Positions 1 to 9,260 of a DNA stretch of 64,000 nucleotides are shown piece after piece. The DNA is taken from the NCBI GenBank assembly GCA_018814885.1, contig JAHIYU010000075.1, forward strand, positions 8,852-72,851, given 5' to 3'. Origin of the DNA: a bacterium. GTDB taxonomy: Bacteria; Krumholzibacteriota; Krumholzibacteriia; LZORAL124-64-63. Both the position numbers and the translations under genes were made by a program. The notes under the pieces were generated by a model that was not told the origin of the DNA, made no database searches, and saw only the letters and a list, made by a program, of their open reading frames with translations. The first letter of the stretch is position 1. Each line of letters starts with the position of its first letter.

Positions 1-496
1 TGGCGGCCAGGCTCCACAGCACGAGAAAGGCGTATCCCCGCGCCTCCTGGCTATACCAGATGTGGAAAGGGCTGATGGCCAGCAGGAGGGCGGCCCATTC
101 GCCGCAGCGGCGATCTCCCAGCTCCTGGCCCAGGCGCATGATCAACGGGACGGCAGCCACGCCCGCCACGGCGGCGGGCAGGCGCATGAGGAATTCGGAG
201 AGGTTGTCCCGGACGAAAGGCCAGAGCACGGCCATGTACAGGGGACCCTGGATGTTGTCGCGGAACTGCTCCCAGAAGCCGTGCCCCGGCCCCGGGTTCA
301 CCATGCGCCAGGTGAAGACCTCGTCGATCCAGAGCGAATCGGCGCCGAGGCGGTAGAATCTCAGCACCGCCGCCAGCAGGATCACTAGCGTCACGTAACG
401 CCAGTCGGCCTCGCCGTCCGCTGCGCGCCCCGTCCGCGACCGCCAGGGATTCTCCACCGGGCGGGCCGTGAGGCTCCCTCCGCGCTCGGATCTCAC
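1..496 (-). CDS. GT-C fold glycosyltransferase, ArnT/PMT_2-like (N-terminal ~165 aa only; C-terminus lies before window start)
   Basis: Manual minus-strand translation; this frame is absent from the ORF track because it has no stop inside the window. It reads VETRSERGGSLTARPVENPWRSRTGRAADGEADWRYVTLVILLAAVLRFYRLGADSLWIDEVFTWRMVNPGPGHGFWEQFRDNIQGPLYMAVLWPFVRDNLSEF... A basic stretch, a first TM helix and a following DE motif are typical of ArnT/PMT N-termini. A GTG at 496 overlaps the upstream stop (GTGA). Confidence 0.5.
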   Translation of the reverse strand, partial: MRSERGGSLTARPVENPWRSRTGRAADGEADWRYVTLVILLAAVLRFYRLGADSLWIDEVFTWRMVNPGPGHGFWEQFRDNIQGPLYMAVLWPFVRDNLSEFLMRLPAAVAGVAAVPLIMRLGQELGDRRCGEWAALLLAISPFHIWYSQEARGYAFLVLWSLAA

Positions 497-1308
497 CTCG
501 GTCCGGCTTCCGGCAACGTTTCACCCATGGTGAACTCCTTCAATGAAGCGTCGATGGCGCCGACCTTGACCTTGGTCTTCATCAGCACCGGCAAGCGGCG
601 CTCGTCCGCGGTCAGCCAGATGGTCAGCTTGCCTTCGAACTGGAACAGGCCTTCACCGAGAATGATCGGCTCCACCTTGAAGCAGTCGAAAGTCCCGGCC
701 GGCACACTCACGGTCTCGCGACCGTGCACGATCACTTCCAGATCGTAGTTCTTGTGGGAGCTGTGGGTGTGAATGAACGCGCTGGCGCCCGGCTGCAGAT
801 CCATGGTGCGCACGAAATAGAAGGCCGAGAGGATATCGTGCACTCCGAACGGGATCTCCAGCTCGCGCCGATCCGCATAGTGGGCCACACCCGCCTCGTG
901 ATCGAACCTGATGGCGATGTTCTTGCGGTAGTCCCCCTCCCGCAGGCGCTTGCTGAAGTATCGACTGAACAGGGTCTCGGCGTCGATGTGCGACACGACC
1001 TTGTCGCGGACCATGTAGAAAGCCGAGAAGAACCTGTTCGAGATGGCCTTGCTCTCGACGCGATAGCACAACCGGCCGTCCGATTCGACCATGTCGCGAA
1101 CCTCGAGCGAGGCTTCTCCCGCGTTCACCGGACCGTAATCGATCGAGAAGAGCAGGAACTCACCGGGTGCGTACGGGACGCGGGCATAGGCCGGTTTCGG
1201 ATCAGATACGGCCGAATCCGTGGCAGCCAACGCACCCATGGCGACGGACGCGCCGGCCGGGACCAGCCAGCAGCCAAGGAACGTCACGATTCGTAGAAGT
1301 CCATTCAT
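493..1308 (-). CDS. secreted hypothetical protein (DUF3108-like), signal peptide
   Basis: 271-aa ORF with an N-terminal hydrophobic signal (LLRIVTFLGCWLVPAGASVAMG) and protein-like composition; the family assignment is by recollection only. Confidence 0.6.
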   Translation of the reverse strand: MNGLLRIVTFLGCWLVPAGASVAMGALAATDSAVSDPKPAYARVPYAPGEFLLFSIDYGPVNAGEASLEVRDMVESDGRLCYRVESKAISNRFFSAFYMVRDKVVSHIDAETLFSRYFSKRLREGDYRKNIAIRFDHEAGVAHYADRRELEIPFGVHDILSAFYFVRTMDLQPGASAFIHTHSSHKNYDLEVIVHGRETVSVPAGTFDCFKVEPIILGEGLFQFEGKLTIWLTADERRLPVLMKTKVKVGAIDASLKEFTMGETLPEAGPR

Positions 1309-1320
1309 GAAGAAATCCGA

Positions 1321-2391
1321 TCAACTGTCGGCTGCGTCCACCGTCCGCACGCCGCTGAGGACCTGGCGCACCGCCTCGGCGACCATCTCCGCGCTAAGTC
1401 TCGTCATGCACGGATGGTCGGGCAGGGGGCACAGCGGCAAATCGCACGGTGAACAGTCTTCACCCGTCCGGACGGCAACATGCAAGGGGTGTTCCGGGTT
1501 CCAGCCGCCCGGATCGGTCGGGCCGAAGAGCGTGACCGTCGGCACGCCCATGACCGCCGCCAGGTGGCGGGGCCCGCTGTCGGTGGCGACGAGGACGTCA
1601 AGCCGGCCCACGAGATCGGCCAGCTCGCACAGATCCGTCGGCGGGGGACAGATGATCTCCGGCACTTCGGCCAGCAGAGGCGCCAGGACGGATTCCTCCC
1701 CGGGACCCGGCAGCAGCACGACCGTCGTGCCCTCGCGCAGGATAATCCGCGCGAGGCGCGCCGCAGCCGCGAGTGGCCACGACTTGGCCGGCCAGGTCGC
1801 ACTGAGCACCAGTCCGAGGCGGGGACGGGCCCGCGCTTCCAGCCGCGCCCGCCAGCGGAGGTAGGGGCCGCCGAGTTGCGAGTCCGCGAAATCAAAACGT
1901 CCCCTCGGCAGCCACGGGAGGAGCGACAGGCCCAGCGCGCGCAAGGGATCGAGGAAACTCTCGCCCGCGAACTGGCGCAGCGACAGGTCCCGCGACCGGT
2001 TGCGCGGCACGCGCACGTTGTAGGCCCAGCTGCGCCAGCGCAGATCGTATCCCACCCGCCAGCGGGCACCGCTAAGGGCCGTCCAGAGCGCCGTCTGCGG
2101 AGTGCTCAGGAAATCGATCACCAGATCGTAATGCCGCCGCCTCAACATGCCTATCCAGGCCAGCGCGCCCAGTCTGTCGCGCTCATCCCAGGCCAGCACG
2201 TTCACCCCCGCGCGGGAGCCGAACAACTTCGCCAGGGAACGATCCACGACCAGATCCAGTTCGGCATCGGGCAGGGCCTCGTGGAGGGACAGCACCGCAG
2301 GCAAGGTGACCAGCGCGTCGCCCAGCGCCCGCCGCCGGATCATCAGGACCCGCCGTGGCGCGGCGATCGACAGCGATCCGGCCTCTCTCAT
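1321..2391 (-). CDS. glycosyltransferase family 9 (LPS heptosyltransferase-like)
   Basis: The N-terminus MIRRRALGDAL... and the C-terminal DSGPRHLAAVMGVPTVTLFGPTDP motif are diagnostic of GT9. I chose the internal ATG at 2391 because it forms an ATGA 4-nt overlap with the upstream stop at 2388. Confidence 0.8.
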   Translation of the reverse strand: MREAGSLSIAAPRRVLMIRRRALGDALVTLPAVLSLHEALPDAELDLVVDRSLAKLFGSRAGVNVLAWDERDRLGALAWIGMLRRRHYDLVIDFLSTPQTALWTALSGARWRVGYDLRWRSWAYNVRVPRNRSRDLSLRQFAGESFLDPLRALGLSLLPWLPRGRFDFADSQLGGPYLRWRARLEARARPRLGLVLSATWPAKSWPLAAAARLARIILREGTTVVLLPGPGEESVLAPLLAEVPEIICPPPTDLCELADLVGRLDVLVATDSGPRHLAAVMGVPTVTLFGPTDPGGWNPEHPLHVAVRTGEDCSPCDLPLCPLPDHPCMTRLSAEMVAEAVRQVLSGVRTVDAADS

Positions 2392-3551
2392 GGCTTCTCC
2401 CCGCTCGCGAGGTGAAGTGCGGCGATCGCGTCCATGACCTGGCCGGGCGTCAAGGCGGGGAGACAGACGAAGTCGCCGCATTCGTGCAGGTCACAGGGGT
2501 GGCAGCGAGGGCGCGTGCACAGGGCCCGGTAGGGCCCGAAGGATCCGTAGGGGAACCAGATGTCGGGATCGGTCGGTCCCAGCAGCGCGACTGTGGGCCG
2601 GGCCAGGGCCACGGCCGCGTGCATCAGTCCCCCGTCCACGGTGATCACGAGTCCGCTGTGAGTGACCGCGGCCAATGCGTCGTCGAGGGACAGGGGCGGG
2701 AGACAACCGCCGTGGGGCAACCCCGAACGAGCCAGGGCGGCGCGGTAGGCGTCGCCGCCGTCGGGGGGTGGGAGCATCACGACCGGTCCGCGTCCGTCGT
2801 CCGCGAGGGCGCGCGCAAGCCGCCGCCAGTTTTCGGGCGGCCAGGCCTTGGACGGCCAGGTCGCACCGGGTACGAGCAGCGTGTAACCGCGCGGCGACTC
2901 CACACCCAGGTCGTGCAGGGCGCTACGGACTTTCCGGCTCATGGCGAAGGGATGCAGAACCGGTCCCAGCCCGACGGGAAACTCCTCGAGATACCAGGCG
3001 CGAAAATCCAGCCCGCTAGGATGGTGCCGCAAGGGCAGCAGGCGCCCCAGGTGCTCGCCGAGCGCGCCGGGTGCCGCCCGGCGGAACGTCTGGTCCGCCG
3101 CCGGCGCAGGTACTTTCGGGGCGTGGGTGAAGAGCCGGCTGCGGATGCCCCGTGCGCCGCCGATCCGGAACCGGGAGCCGGAGAGTCGCATCAGCCAGGC
3201 GCTGCGGGGATTGTAGAGGAGGTCCACGCCGAGGTCGTAACGGCGGCGGCGCAGTTCGCCGACGGTATGCCAGGTGCCGCGGCCACCGGGTGCCTGCACT
3301 CCCCGGGCGAACCGGCGCGCGGCGGCATCCGGTCCCCGGCGCGTGCTCACCAGTGCGTGGACCCGCGAGAGGCAGGGATGGTCCCTCAGGAGGGGCGCGC
3401 CCTGCGATTCGCAGAGGTACCCCAGGTCCAGGTCGGGATCGCCTCGGCGCAGTACCTGGAGCACGACGGTGGACATGACGATGTCGCCCAGATAGCGCAA
3501 CCTGGAAACCAGCACCGAGCGCAGCCGCACGCCGTCCACCTGCCAGCTCAA
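2388..3551 (-). CDS. glycosyltransferase family 9 (LPS heptosyltransferase-like)
   Basis: N-terminus RLRYLGDIVMSTVVLQVL and C-terminal DGGLMHAAVALARPTVALLGPTDP; the start overlaps the upstream stop by 4 nt. Confidence 0.8.
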   Translation of the reverse strand: MSWQVDGVRLRSVLVSRLRYLGDIVMSTVVLQVLRRGDPDLDLGYLCESQGAPLLRDHPCLSRVHALVSTRRGPDAAARRFARGVQAPGGRGTWHTVGELRRRRYDLGVDLLYNPRSAWLMRLSGSRFRIGGARGIRSRLFTHAPKVPAPAADQTFRRAAPGALGEHLGRLLPLRHHPSGLDFRAWYLEEFPVGLGPVLHPFAMSRKVRSALHDLGVESPRGYTLLVPGATWPSKAWPPENWRRLARALADDGRGPVVMLPPPDGGDAYRAALARSGLPHGGCLPPLSLDDALAAVTHSGLVITVDGGLMHAAVALARPTVALLGPTDPDIWFPYGSFGPYRALCTRPRCHPCDLHECGDFVCLPALTPGQVMDAIAALHLASGEKP

Positions 3552-4096
3552 GTATTCAGCTCCCCCAGGATGTCGTCCACGGCACGCGCCAGATCGTCCA
3601 AGATCTTCACGCGCCAGACGGGATCCACGTCACGCGCCGTCTCGCGGCCCCGGCCCGTCTCGACAAGGTAAGTGCCCATGCCGAAATGGCGACCGAGCTC
3701 GAGGTCCGAGAGCTTGTCGCCGATGATCCACGCGCGCTCAGAATGCCAACGGAGCCGGCGAGCCGCGGCGTCCAGCATACCGGGACGCGGCTTGCGGCAG
3801 TTGCAGTCGTCCTCGGGCGCGTGAGGGCAATAGTAGACGCCGTCCAGCGCCACACCCTCGGCGGCCAGGAGGGCATCGACGCGCTCCTGCACCGCCGCGA
3901 ACTCGCGCTCCGAATAGTAACCTCGGCCGATGCCCGACTGGTTCGTCACGACCACCAGGCGCAGACCGGCGGCAGCGGCGCGCGCCAGGGCCGCGGCGAC
4001 CCCCGGCAGCAACCTCACCCGGGCAGGGTCGCTGATGTATTCCGTGTCCTCGATGATGACGCCGTCCCGGTCGAGGAAGAGGATCGGTGCCGCCGT
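3548..4096 (-). other. GmhB (HAD-IIIA) domain portion of the fusion protein
   Basis: DRDG, TNQSG and CxH...CxCRKPxPGM motifs; boundary estimated by residue count. Confidence 0.7.
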
Positions 4097-5227
4097 CATC
4101 CCGGGCGTGTCCGGCGGGGGTTCGCGGCAGCAGGAGGGACCTGATCCCGGCACCATCGAGAGCGCGTCCGCCGCCCCGAGTATCCGCCGCGCGGCGATGC
4201 TGTCCAGGCAGAAGCTCTCCCGGGGACACGACGGCAGGTAGCAGGGCTGACAGGGGAATCCCTCGGCGCGTACCGAGGTCGCCGCCGGTCCGCGCGGACG
4301 GGTCCAGGCGGTGCTCGTGGAACCGTAGATGCCCACCGTGGCCTTGCCCAGGGCGGCCGCGAGATGCATCAGGCCGCTGTCGTTGCCGACGAAAACCGCC
4401 GCCTCCCGCAGTAGCGAAGCAACCTCGACCAGGGACGTGCGGCCCACGAGATCGTGACAGCCGGGCTGCTCGCCAAGGCGGTCCCGCCACGGACGATCGA
4501 CCAGCGAGCGCACCCTCCTCGCCGTGCCGCTCGCAGCGATGTCGCCGATCAGGGCCACGCGTACATCGTCTCGCGCGAGCAGTTCTGCGATCAGTTCCGC
4601 CTGCCGTTGCGGCGGCCAGGATTTGGCGTCGCCGTAAGTGGCGCCCACGGACAGCAGCCACAACGGCGGCTTCGAGTCCACATCCCTCTCACCTGGATTC
4701 GCGACACCGGCCCCCAGACGGGGATACGGTGGCACCGGATGGGCCGGCGGCTGGCAACCCAGGCAGTCCCGGGCCCAGGCCCGATAGAGCAGGCCCAACT
4801 CCTCGGTGTAGTGCATGGTGCCTCGCGGCGGACGTGCGACGGGCGCGGTGAGCAGCAGGGAGCGGGCGTCCCCCCTGAACCCGATTCGCGCTGGGATGCC
4901 GGATATGCGGGCGACGACGGCGGCGCGCAGGGAGGGCGGCAAAAGCATGACGGCCGGGTACTTCCCTCTGCGCCACTCCGCAGCCTGGCGCCAGACACCC
5001 CGCCAACCGGCATGCCGCCCCCGGCGTGAGTATCGGATCACTCCGGACAGCCTCGGGTCGTCCGCCAGCAGGGGCAGCCAAGCCTCGCGGACGGACACGT
5101 GCAAGTCCGGACAAGGAAGATCGAGATCCCGCTCGCCCGCGGCGAAGAGCTCCAGCAACGAGGTGGCCATGACCAGATCGCCGAGCCAGTTCGGCGCCGC
5201 CAGGAGGAGGGTCATGCGCCGGGCCAT
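3548..5227 (-). CDS. fusion: GT9 heptosyltransferase-like domain (N) + D-glycero-D-manno-heptose 1,7-bisphosphate phosphatase GmhB domain (C)
   Basis: N-terminal NWLGDLVMATSLLELF... and GNDSGLMHLAAALGKATVGIYGSTS are GT9 motifs. The C-terminal ILFLDRDGVIIED...VVVTNQSGIGRGYY...YYCPHAPEDDCNCRKPRPGML is the HAD-IIIA GmhB signature, including the Zn-binding Cys/His cluster. Confidence 0.8.
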   Translation of the reverse strand: MARRMTLLLAAPNWLGDLVMATSLLELFAAGERDLDLPCPDLHVSVREAWLPLLADDPRLSGVIRYSRRGRHAGWRGVWRQAAEWRRGKYPAVMLLPPSLRAAVVARISGIPARIGFRGDARSLLLTAPVARPPRGTMHYTEELGLLYRAWARDCLGCQPPAHPVPPYPRLGAGVANPGERDVDSKPPLWLLSVGATYGDAKSWPPQRQAELIAELLARDDVRVALIGDIAASGTARRVRSLVDRPWRDRLGEQPGCHDLVGRTSLVEVASLLREAAVFVGNDSGLMHLAAALGKATVGIYGSTSTAWTRPRGPAATSVRAEGFPCQPCYLPSCPRESFCLDSIAARRILGAADALSMVPGSGPSCCREPPPDTPGMTAAPILFLDRDGVIIEDTEYISDPARVRLLPGVAAALARAAAAGLRLVVVTNQSGIGRGYYSEREFAAVQERVDALLAAEGVALDGVYYCPHAPEDDCNCRKPRPGMLDAAARRLRWHSERAWIIGDKLSDLELGRHFGMGTYLVETGRGRETARDVDPVWRVKILDDLARAVDDILGELNT

Positions 5228-5240
5228 GGCGACCTCCTCG

Positions 5241-6308
5241 TCAACGCGCGCTCCGCACGGCCTCGACAGCTTCCATCAACGTCTCGATGTCCACGCGCTG
5301 GCCGCCCTTGACGCGCAGAACGCGGACGTGCGGATAACCGTCGGGCACCCAGGATGCATCGTCCTCCTTGAGAAAGAGTCCGAGCGTGGGCACGCCCGTC
5401 GCGACCGCGAAATGGAAGAGGTCCGTGTTGCCCGCGATGAACAGATCGCACAACGCGGCCAGCAGGACCGTATCGAAGAGGGTCTCGCGCGGCAGGCTGA
5501 GGGGCGGTACGGTCAACCCGGACTCGAAGCGCTGCAGCAGCTCCGGGTCGGCGTCGATGCTCAGGGGCAGGGTACGGCATGGCATCTGGCTGGCCAGCTG
5601 GTTCATGACGAAATGGAGGTTCTGGGCCGCTAGGCCGACGCCGGCTTTGCCGAGCGCGGGATCGACGCCCACCAGCACCTCGTCCTGCCGCGGTTTGTTG
5701 AAATGGATGAGCTGGCGCATGCGGCGCACGCGCTCCTCGGGCAGGGGCCAGGCGCGGTCGCGGGAGAAGGCCGGCAGCCCGAGGAAGGGCGCGGCGGCGG
5801 AGAGCCTCTCGCCGCGGTAGCGGTCGTCTGGCTCGCGCTGGCGTATCTCGAAATTGACGGCGGGGAAGGAACCGCCATGGGAAGGGCCGAGTCGCAGCTT
5901 CGCGCCGCTGGCCAGGGCTACGGCCTCGAGACCGGCCTGGGGCGTAAACGACATGACCACGCTCAGGTCGTACTCGCGCTTGCGGACGTTTTTGAGCAGG
6001 GAATACATGCCGGGGCTCCACGGCTGCAACTGCCGCCGCCGGTAGACGAGGCAGTGGTGTGCGATGCCGCTCGGCGCGATCAGCGGAGCATGCTCCTCGG
6101 GAATCAGGAAATCGATGCGCGCACGGGGATACTCTTCCCGCACCGTCTGCAACAAGGGCATGTGGAAGAGCAGATCGCACAGGTCTCCGTTGTCTATGGC
6201 CAGCAGGCGGGATTCCATGCCCAGGGTGCCCGGAAGGCTGAAGGCCCCCGCCTCGCCCCTGGCGATGAAACGTCCCAGAAGACCGGTCAAGAAGCTGCCG
6301 TCCACCAC
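5241..6308 (-). CDS. glycosyltransferase family 9 (divergent heptosyltransferase-like)
   Basis: C-terminal AGNTDLFHFAVATGVPTLGLF matches the GT9 C-domain. The ORF start is a GTG; an alternative ATG (MESRLLAIDNGDL) lies at 6218. Confidence 0.7.
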   Translation of the reverse strand: MVDGSFLTGLLGRFIARGEAGAFSLPGTLGMESRLLAIDNGDLCDLLFHMPLLQTVREEYPRARIDFLIPEEHAPLIAPSGIAHHCLVYRRRQLQPWSPGMYSLLKNVRKREYDLSVVMSFTPQAGLEAVALASGAKLRLGPSHGGSFPAVNFEIRQREPDDRYRGERLSAAAPFLGLPAFSRDRAWPLPEERVRRMRQLIHFNKPRQDEVLVGVDPALGKAGVGLAAQNLHFVMNQLASQMPCRTLPLSIDADPELLQRFESGLTVPPLSLPRETLFDTVLLAALCDLFIAGNTDLFHFAVATGVPTLGLFLKEDDASWVPDGYPHVRVLRVKGGQRVDIETLMEAVEAVRSAR

Positions 6309-6339
6309 CGTCCACCCTTCCTCGTGCGTCGGATCATCG

Positions 6340-8727
6340 TCATTCCGCGAGTGCGGGGAATATCTCCGCGAACACCTCGTCCACGTGCTTCACGCAGACG
6401 AAAGTGATGTCCTTGGCCGCCTCTTCGGGGATGTCTTCCAGGTCCGCCTCGTTCTGGTTGGGCATGATGATCTTGCGTATGCCCGCCCGGTGTGCGGCCA
6501 GCACTTTCTCCAGCAGTCCGCCGATGGGCAGGACATCGCCGGTCAGGGTGATCTCGCCGGTCATCGCCGTGCGCCTGTCGATGGCCTCGCCCACCATCAG
6601 CGAGAAGAGCACGGAGGCCATCGTGATACCTGCGCTGGGTCCGTCCTTGGGGATGGCGCCGGCGGGGATGTGGATATGGATGTCCAGATCCTTGAAGAAA
6701 GCGGCGTGTTGCGACTGCGCGCCCCACTGGCCGCGCAGATAGGAGTACGCGGCGTTCGCCGATTCCTGCATCACGCTGCCCAGCTGGCCGGTCAGTTTCA
6801 ACTGTCCGCTGCCGTTGGGCAACGTCACGCCCTCCAGGTAGAGGATCTTGCCCCCTACGGAAGTCCAGGCCAGACCAGTGGCCACACCTACCTTGGTCCG
6901 GCTGCGCAGCCGGTCTGGGTCGTAGTCTGCGTGACCCAGGTAGTCCACGAGGTTCTTGGCGGAGATCACCTGGCGCTTCCGCTTGCCGCGGGCGACCATC
7001 TTGGCGACCTTGCGGCATACGCTGCCGATCTTGCGCTCGAGTTCACGCACCCCGGCCTCTCGCGTGTAGCCGGCGATCAGAGCGCGAACCCCCGCGTCGG
7101 TGAATCTGATGTACCGTCCGGTCAGTCCGTTCTCCTCCACCTGGCGCGGCACCAGGTACCGCTTGGCGATTTCCATCTTCTCCAGGTTGGTGTAACCCGG
7201 CAGGTTGATAACCTCCATGCGGTCGAGCAGGGGGCGCGGGATGGTGTCCATCATGTTCGCGGTGGTGATGAACAGGACATGGGACAGGTCGAAGGGCACC
7301 GATATGTAATGGTCGGTGAACGAATTGTTCTGCTCGGGGTCCAGCACCTCCAGCAGGGCGCTGGCCGGGTCGCCGCGGAAGTCCTGGCCGAGCTTGTCGA
7401 TCTCGTCCAGCATGATCAGGGGATTGTTGGTGCCGCAATCCTTCAGGCCGGTGATGATGCGGCCGGGCATGGCGCCGACGTAGGTGCGCCGGTGCCCCCT
7501 GATCTCCGCCTCGTCGCGCATGCCGCCGAGCGAGAAGCGGAAGAACTCACGTCCGATGGCGTCCGCGATGCTGCGCCCCAGCGACGTCTTGCCGACGCCC
7601 GGCGGTCCCACGAGGCAGATGATGGGGCCGCGGTGATCGCCCTTCAACTTGCGCACCGACAGGAACTCAAGGATGCGCTCCTTCACGTCCTCCAGACCGT
7701 AGTGGTCCCGCTCGAGGATCTTCTCGGCCCGCTTGATGTCCAGCTTGTCCTCGGAACTCGCCAACCAGGGCAGATCTAGCAGCCAGTCGATGTAGGTCTT
7801 GCTGACCGTGTATTCGCTGGCTCCCGGCGACATGCGGGAGAGGCGGCTCACCTCCTTCTCCGCCGTCGTGCGCACGTGCTCGGGGAGATCGGCCTGGGCC
7901 AGCCGCTCGTTCAGGTCCTCGATCTCCACCGACGTGTCGTCCGTATCGCCCAGCTCGCGCTGGATCGCCTTGAGCTGCTGCCGCAGATAGTACTCGCGCT
8001 GATCCTTGTCTATGGATTTGCGCACCTTGGTCTGGAGCTTCTGCCCGAGCTCCACGACCTCGAGCTCCCGGACCACGATCTTGGCCAGGATCTGCAGCCG
8101 CTCGAGCGGCGCCACGGCTTCCAGCACGGACTGCTTCTCGTGGACGTCGATGTCCAGATTTGTGGCGATGAGGTCCGCGAGTCGCCCAGGGTCGTCTATG
8201 TTCATCACCACGATCTTCAGCTCGTCCGAGAGGGTCTCGCTGGCGTCCACGATCTTCAGGAAATTGTTGGCCACGCCGCGCATGTAGGCCAGCGTCCTGG
8301 GATCGTTTGCCGTTTTCTCCGGGACGGCTTCCACCGCCGCCTTGAGATAGGGCTTGTCGGTGATGAACTCCTTGATGCGGATGCGCGCCACGCCCTGGCC
8401 GAGCAGGCGCATGCTGCCGTCGGGGAAGCGCAGCATCTTCTGGATCTTGACAGCGGTACCGATATGGTAGAGCAGCTCCTCTCCCCGCGTTTCGGCTTCC
8501 TCCCCGTCATCGCTCTCATCCAGTTCGCGCTGCGCGAAGGCGCCCAGGATCTTGTCGCTCGCCAGGCAGTCGTCAGCGAGCTGGATGAGGTTCTCGTCGC
8601 TCAGCACCAGAGGCACCATCATGTAGGGGAAGATGACTGCTTCGCTGATCGGCAGCACAGGTAATATTTCCGGAACGAAGCCCTCGCCCTGTTCGGTGTC
8701 CATGCTGTTGGTCTCGTCGTTCATCAA
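6340..8727 (-). CDS. lon: ATP-dependent Lon protease
   Basis: 795 aa with an N-terminal LON substrate-binding domain, a Walker A motif [11 protein letters not shown], and a C-terminal proteolytic domain containing [15 protein letters not shown]. Confidence 0.95.
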   Translation of the reverse strand: MMNDETNSMDTEQGEGFVPEILPVLPISEAVIFPYMMVPLVLSDENLIQLADDCLASDKILGAFAQRELDESDDGEEAETRGEELLYHIGTAVKIQKMLRFPDGSMRLLGQGVARIRIKEFITDKPYLKAAVEAVPEKTANDPRTLAYMRGVANNFLKIVDASETLSDELKIVVMNIDDPGRLADLIATNLDIDVHEKQSVLEAVAPLERLQILAKIVVRELEVVELGQKLQTKVRKSIDKDQREYYLRQQLKAIQRELGDTDDTSVEIEDLNERLAQADLPEHVRTTAEKEVSRLSRMSPGASEYTVSKTYIDWLLDLPWLASSEDKLDIKRAEKILERDHYGLEDVKERILEFLSVRKLKGDHRGPIICLVGPPGVGKTSLGRSIADAIGREFFRFSLGGMRDEAEIRGHRRTYVGAMPGRIITGLKDCGTNNPLIMLDEIDKLGQDFRGDPASALLEVLDPEQNNSFTDHYISVPFDLSHVLFITTANMMDTIPRPLLDRMEVINLPGYTNLEKMEIAKRYLVPRQVEENGLTGRYIRFTDAGVRALIAGYTREAGVRELERKIGSVCRKVAKMVARGKRKRQVISAKNLVDYLGHADYDPDRLRSRTKVGVATGLAWTSVGGKILYLEGVTLPNGSGQLKLTGQLGSVMQESANAAYSYLRGQWGAQSQHAAFFKDLDIHIHIPAGAIPKDGPSAGITMASVLFSLMVGEAIDRRTAMTGEITLTGDVLPIGGLLEKVLAAHRAGIRKIIMPNQNEADLEDIPEEAAKDITFVCVKHVDEVFAEIFPALAE

Positions 8728-8745
8728 GAGGTATCCTCTTTGCGG

Positions 8746-9204
8746 TTACTTGTCCCCGCCGTCGACGTCGATGCGCCTACGGCCCTTTTCCCGACGATCT
8801 CCCTTGCGGAACGTGACGTAGAGGAACCCATTGCGGTAGCGCGCCACAGCACTCTTTGCGATCACCGGCACGGGTATCATCAGACGTCTCGCGAACGGGC
8901 CGACATTTATCTCCATCTTGAAGTAATGCTTCTTCCCCGCCGGCGCGATGTCGCTGCGGGCGCCGCGTATCGTCAAGCTGTCGCCGTCCGTCAACACCTC
9001 GATGCCGGTCGGATCCATGCCGGCCAGATCGATCTGGACGATGAACTCAGCGTCCGTCGTATAGGCGTCTGTCGCCGGGCGCCATGAGAGATCTTCATCC
9101 AGACCGAGCGGACGCGTGGCCCGCGAATAGGAGGTCACAAGTATCTCGAATATGTCGTCCATCTGACCTGGACCATCCGGTTTGAGCTCTCCGCTGATGA
9201 TCAT
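8746..9204 (-). CDS. Hsp20/alpha-crystallin family small heat-shock protein
   Basis: 152-aa C-terminal part of ORF 8746..9798 carrying the alpha-crystallin domain (FIVQIDLAGMDPTGIEVLTDGDSLTIRG...NGFLYVTF). The ATG at 9204 is preceded by GGGGGAGGA. The longer N-terminal extension is Arg/Gly-rich junk overlapping the neighbouring gene. Confidence 0.8.
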   Translation of the reverse strand: MIISGELKPDGPGQMDDIFEILVTSYSRATRPLGLDEDLSWRPATDAYTTDAEFIVQIDLAGMDPTGIEVLTDGDSLTIRGARSDIAPAGKKHYFKMEINVGPFARRLMIPVPVIAKSAVARYRNGFLYVTFRKGDRREKGRRRIDVDGGDK

Positions 9205-9260
9205 CCCGTCCTCCCCCGAATAATTCCTCGTAGGGATGCTACTCGCGGTGAACCGCAGCG

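Noticed and set aside
3738-4661. 307-aa minus ORF and several plus ORFs (3686..4144, 4087..4851, 4454..5029) inside the GT9-GmhB gene
   Set aside because: Alternate frames: Arg/Pro/Gly-rich, with no motifs; the annotated frame carries complete GT9 and GmhB signatures.
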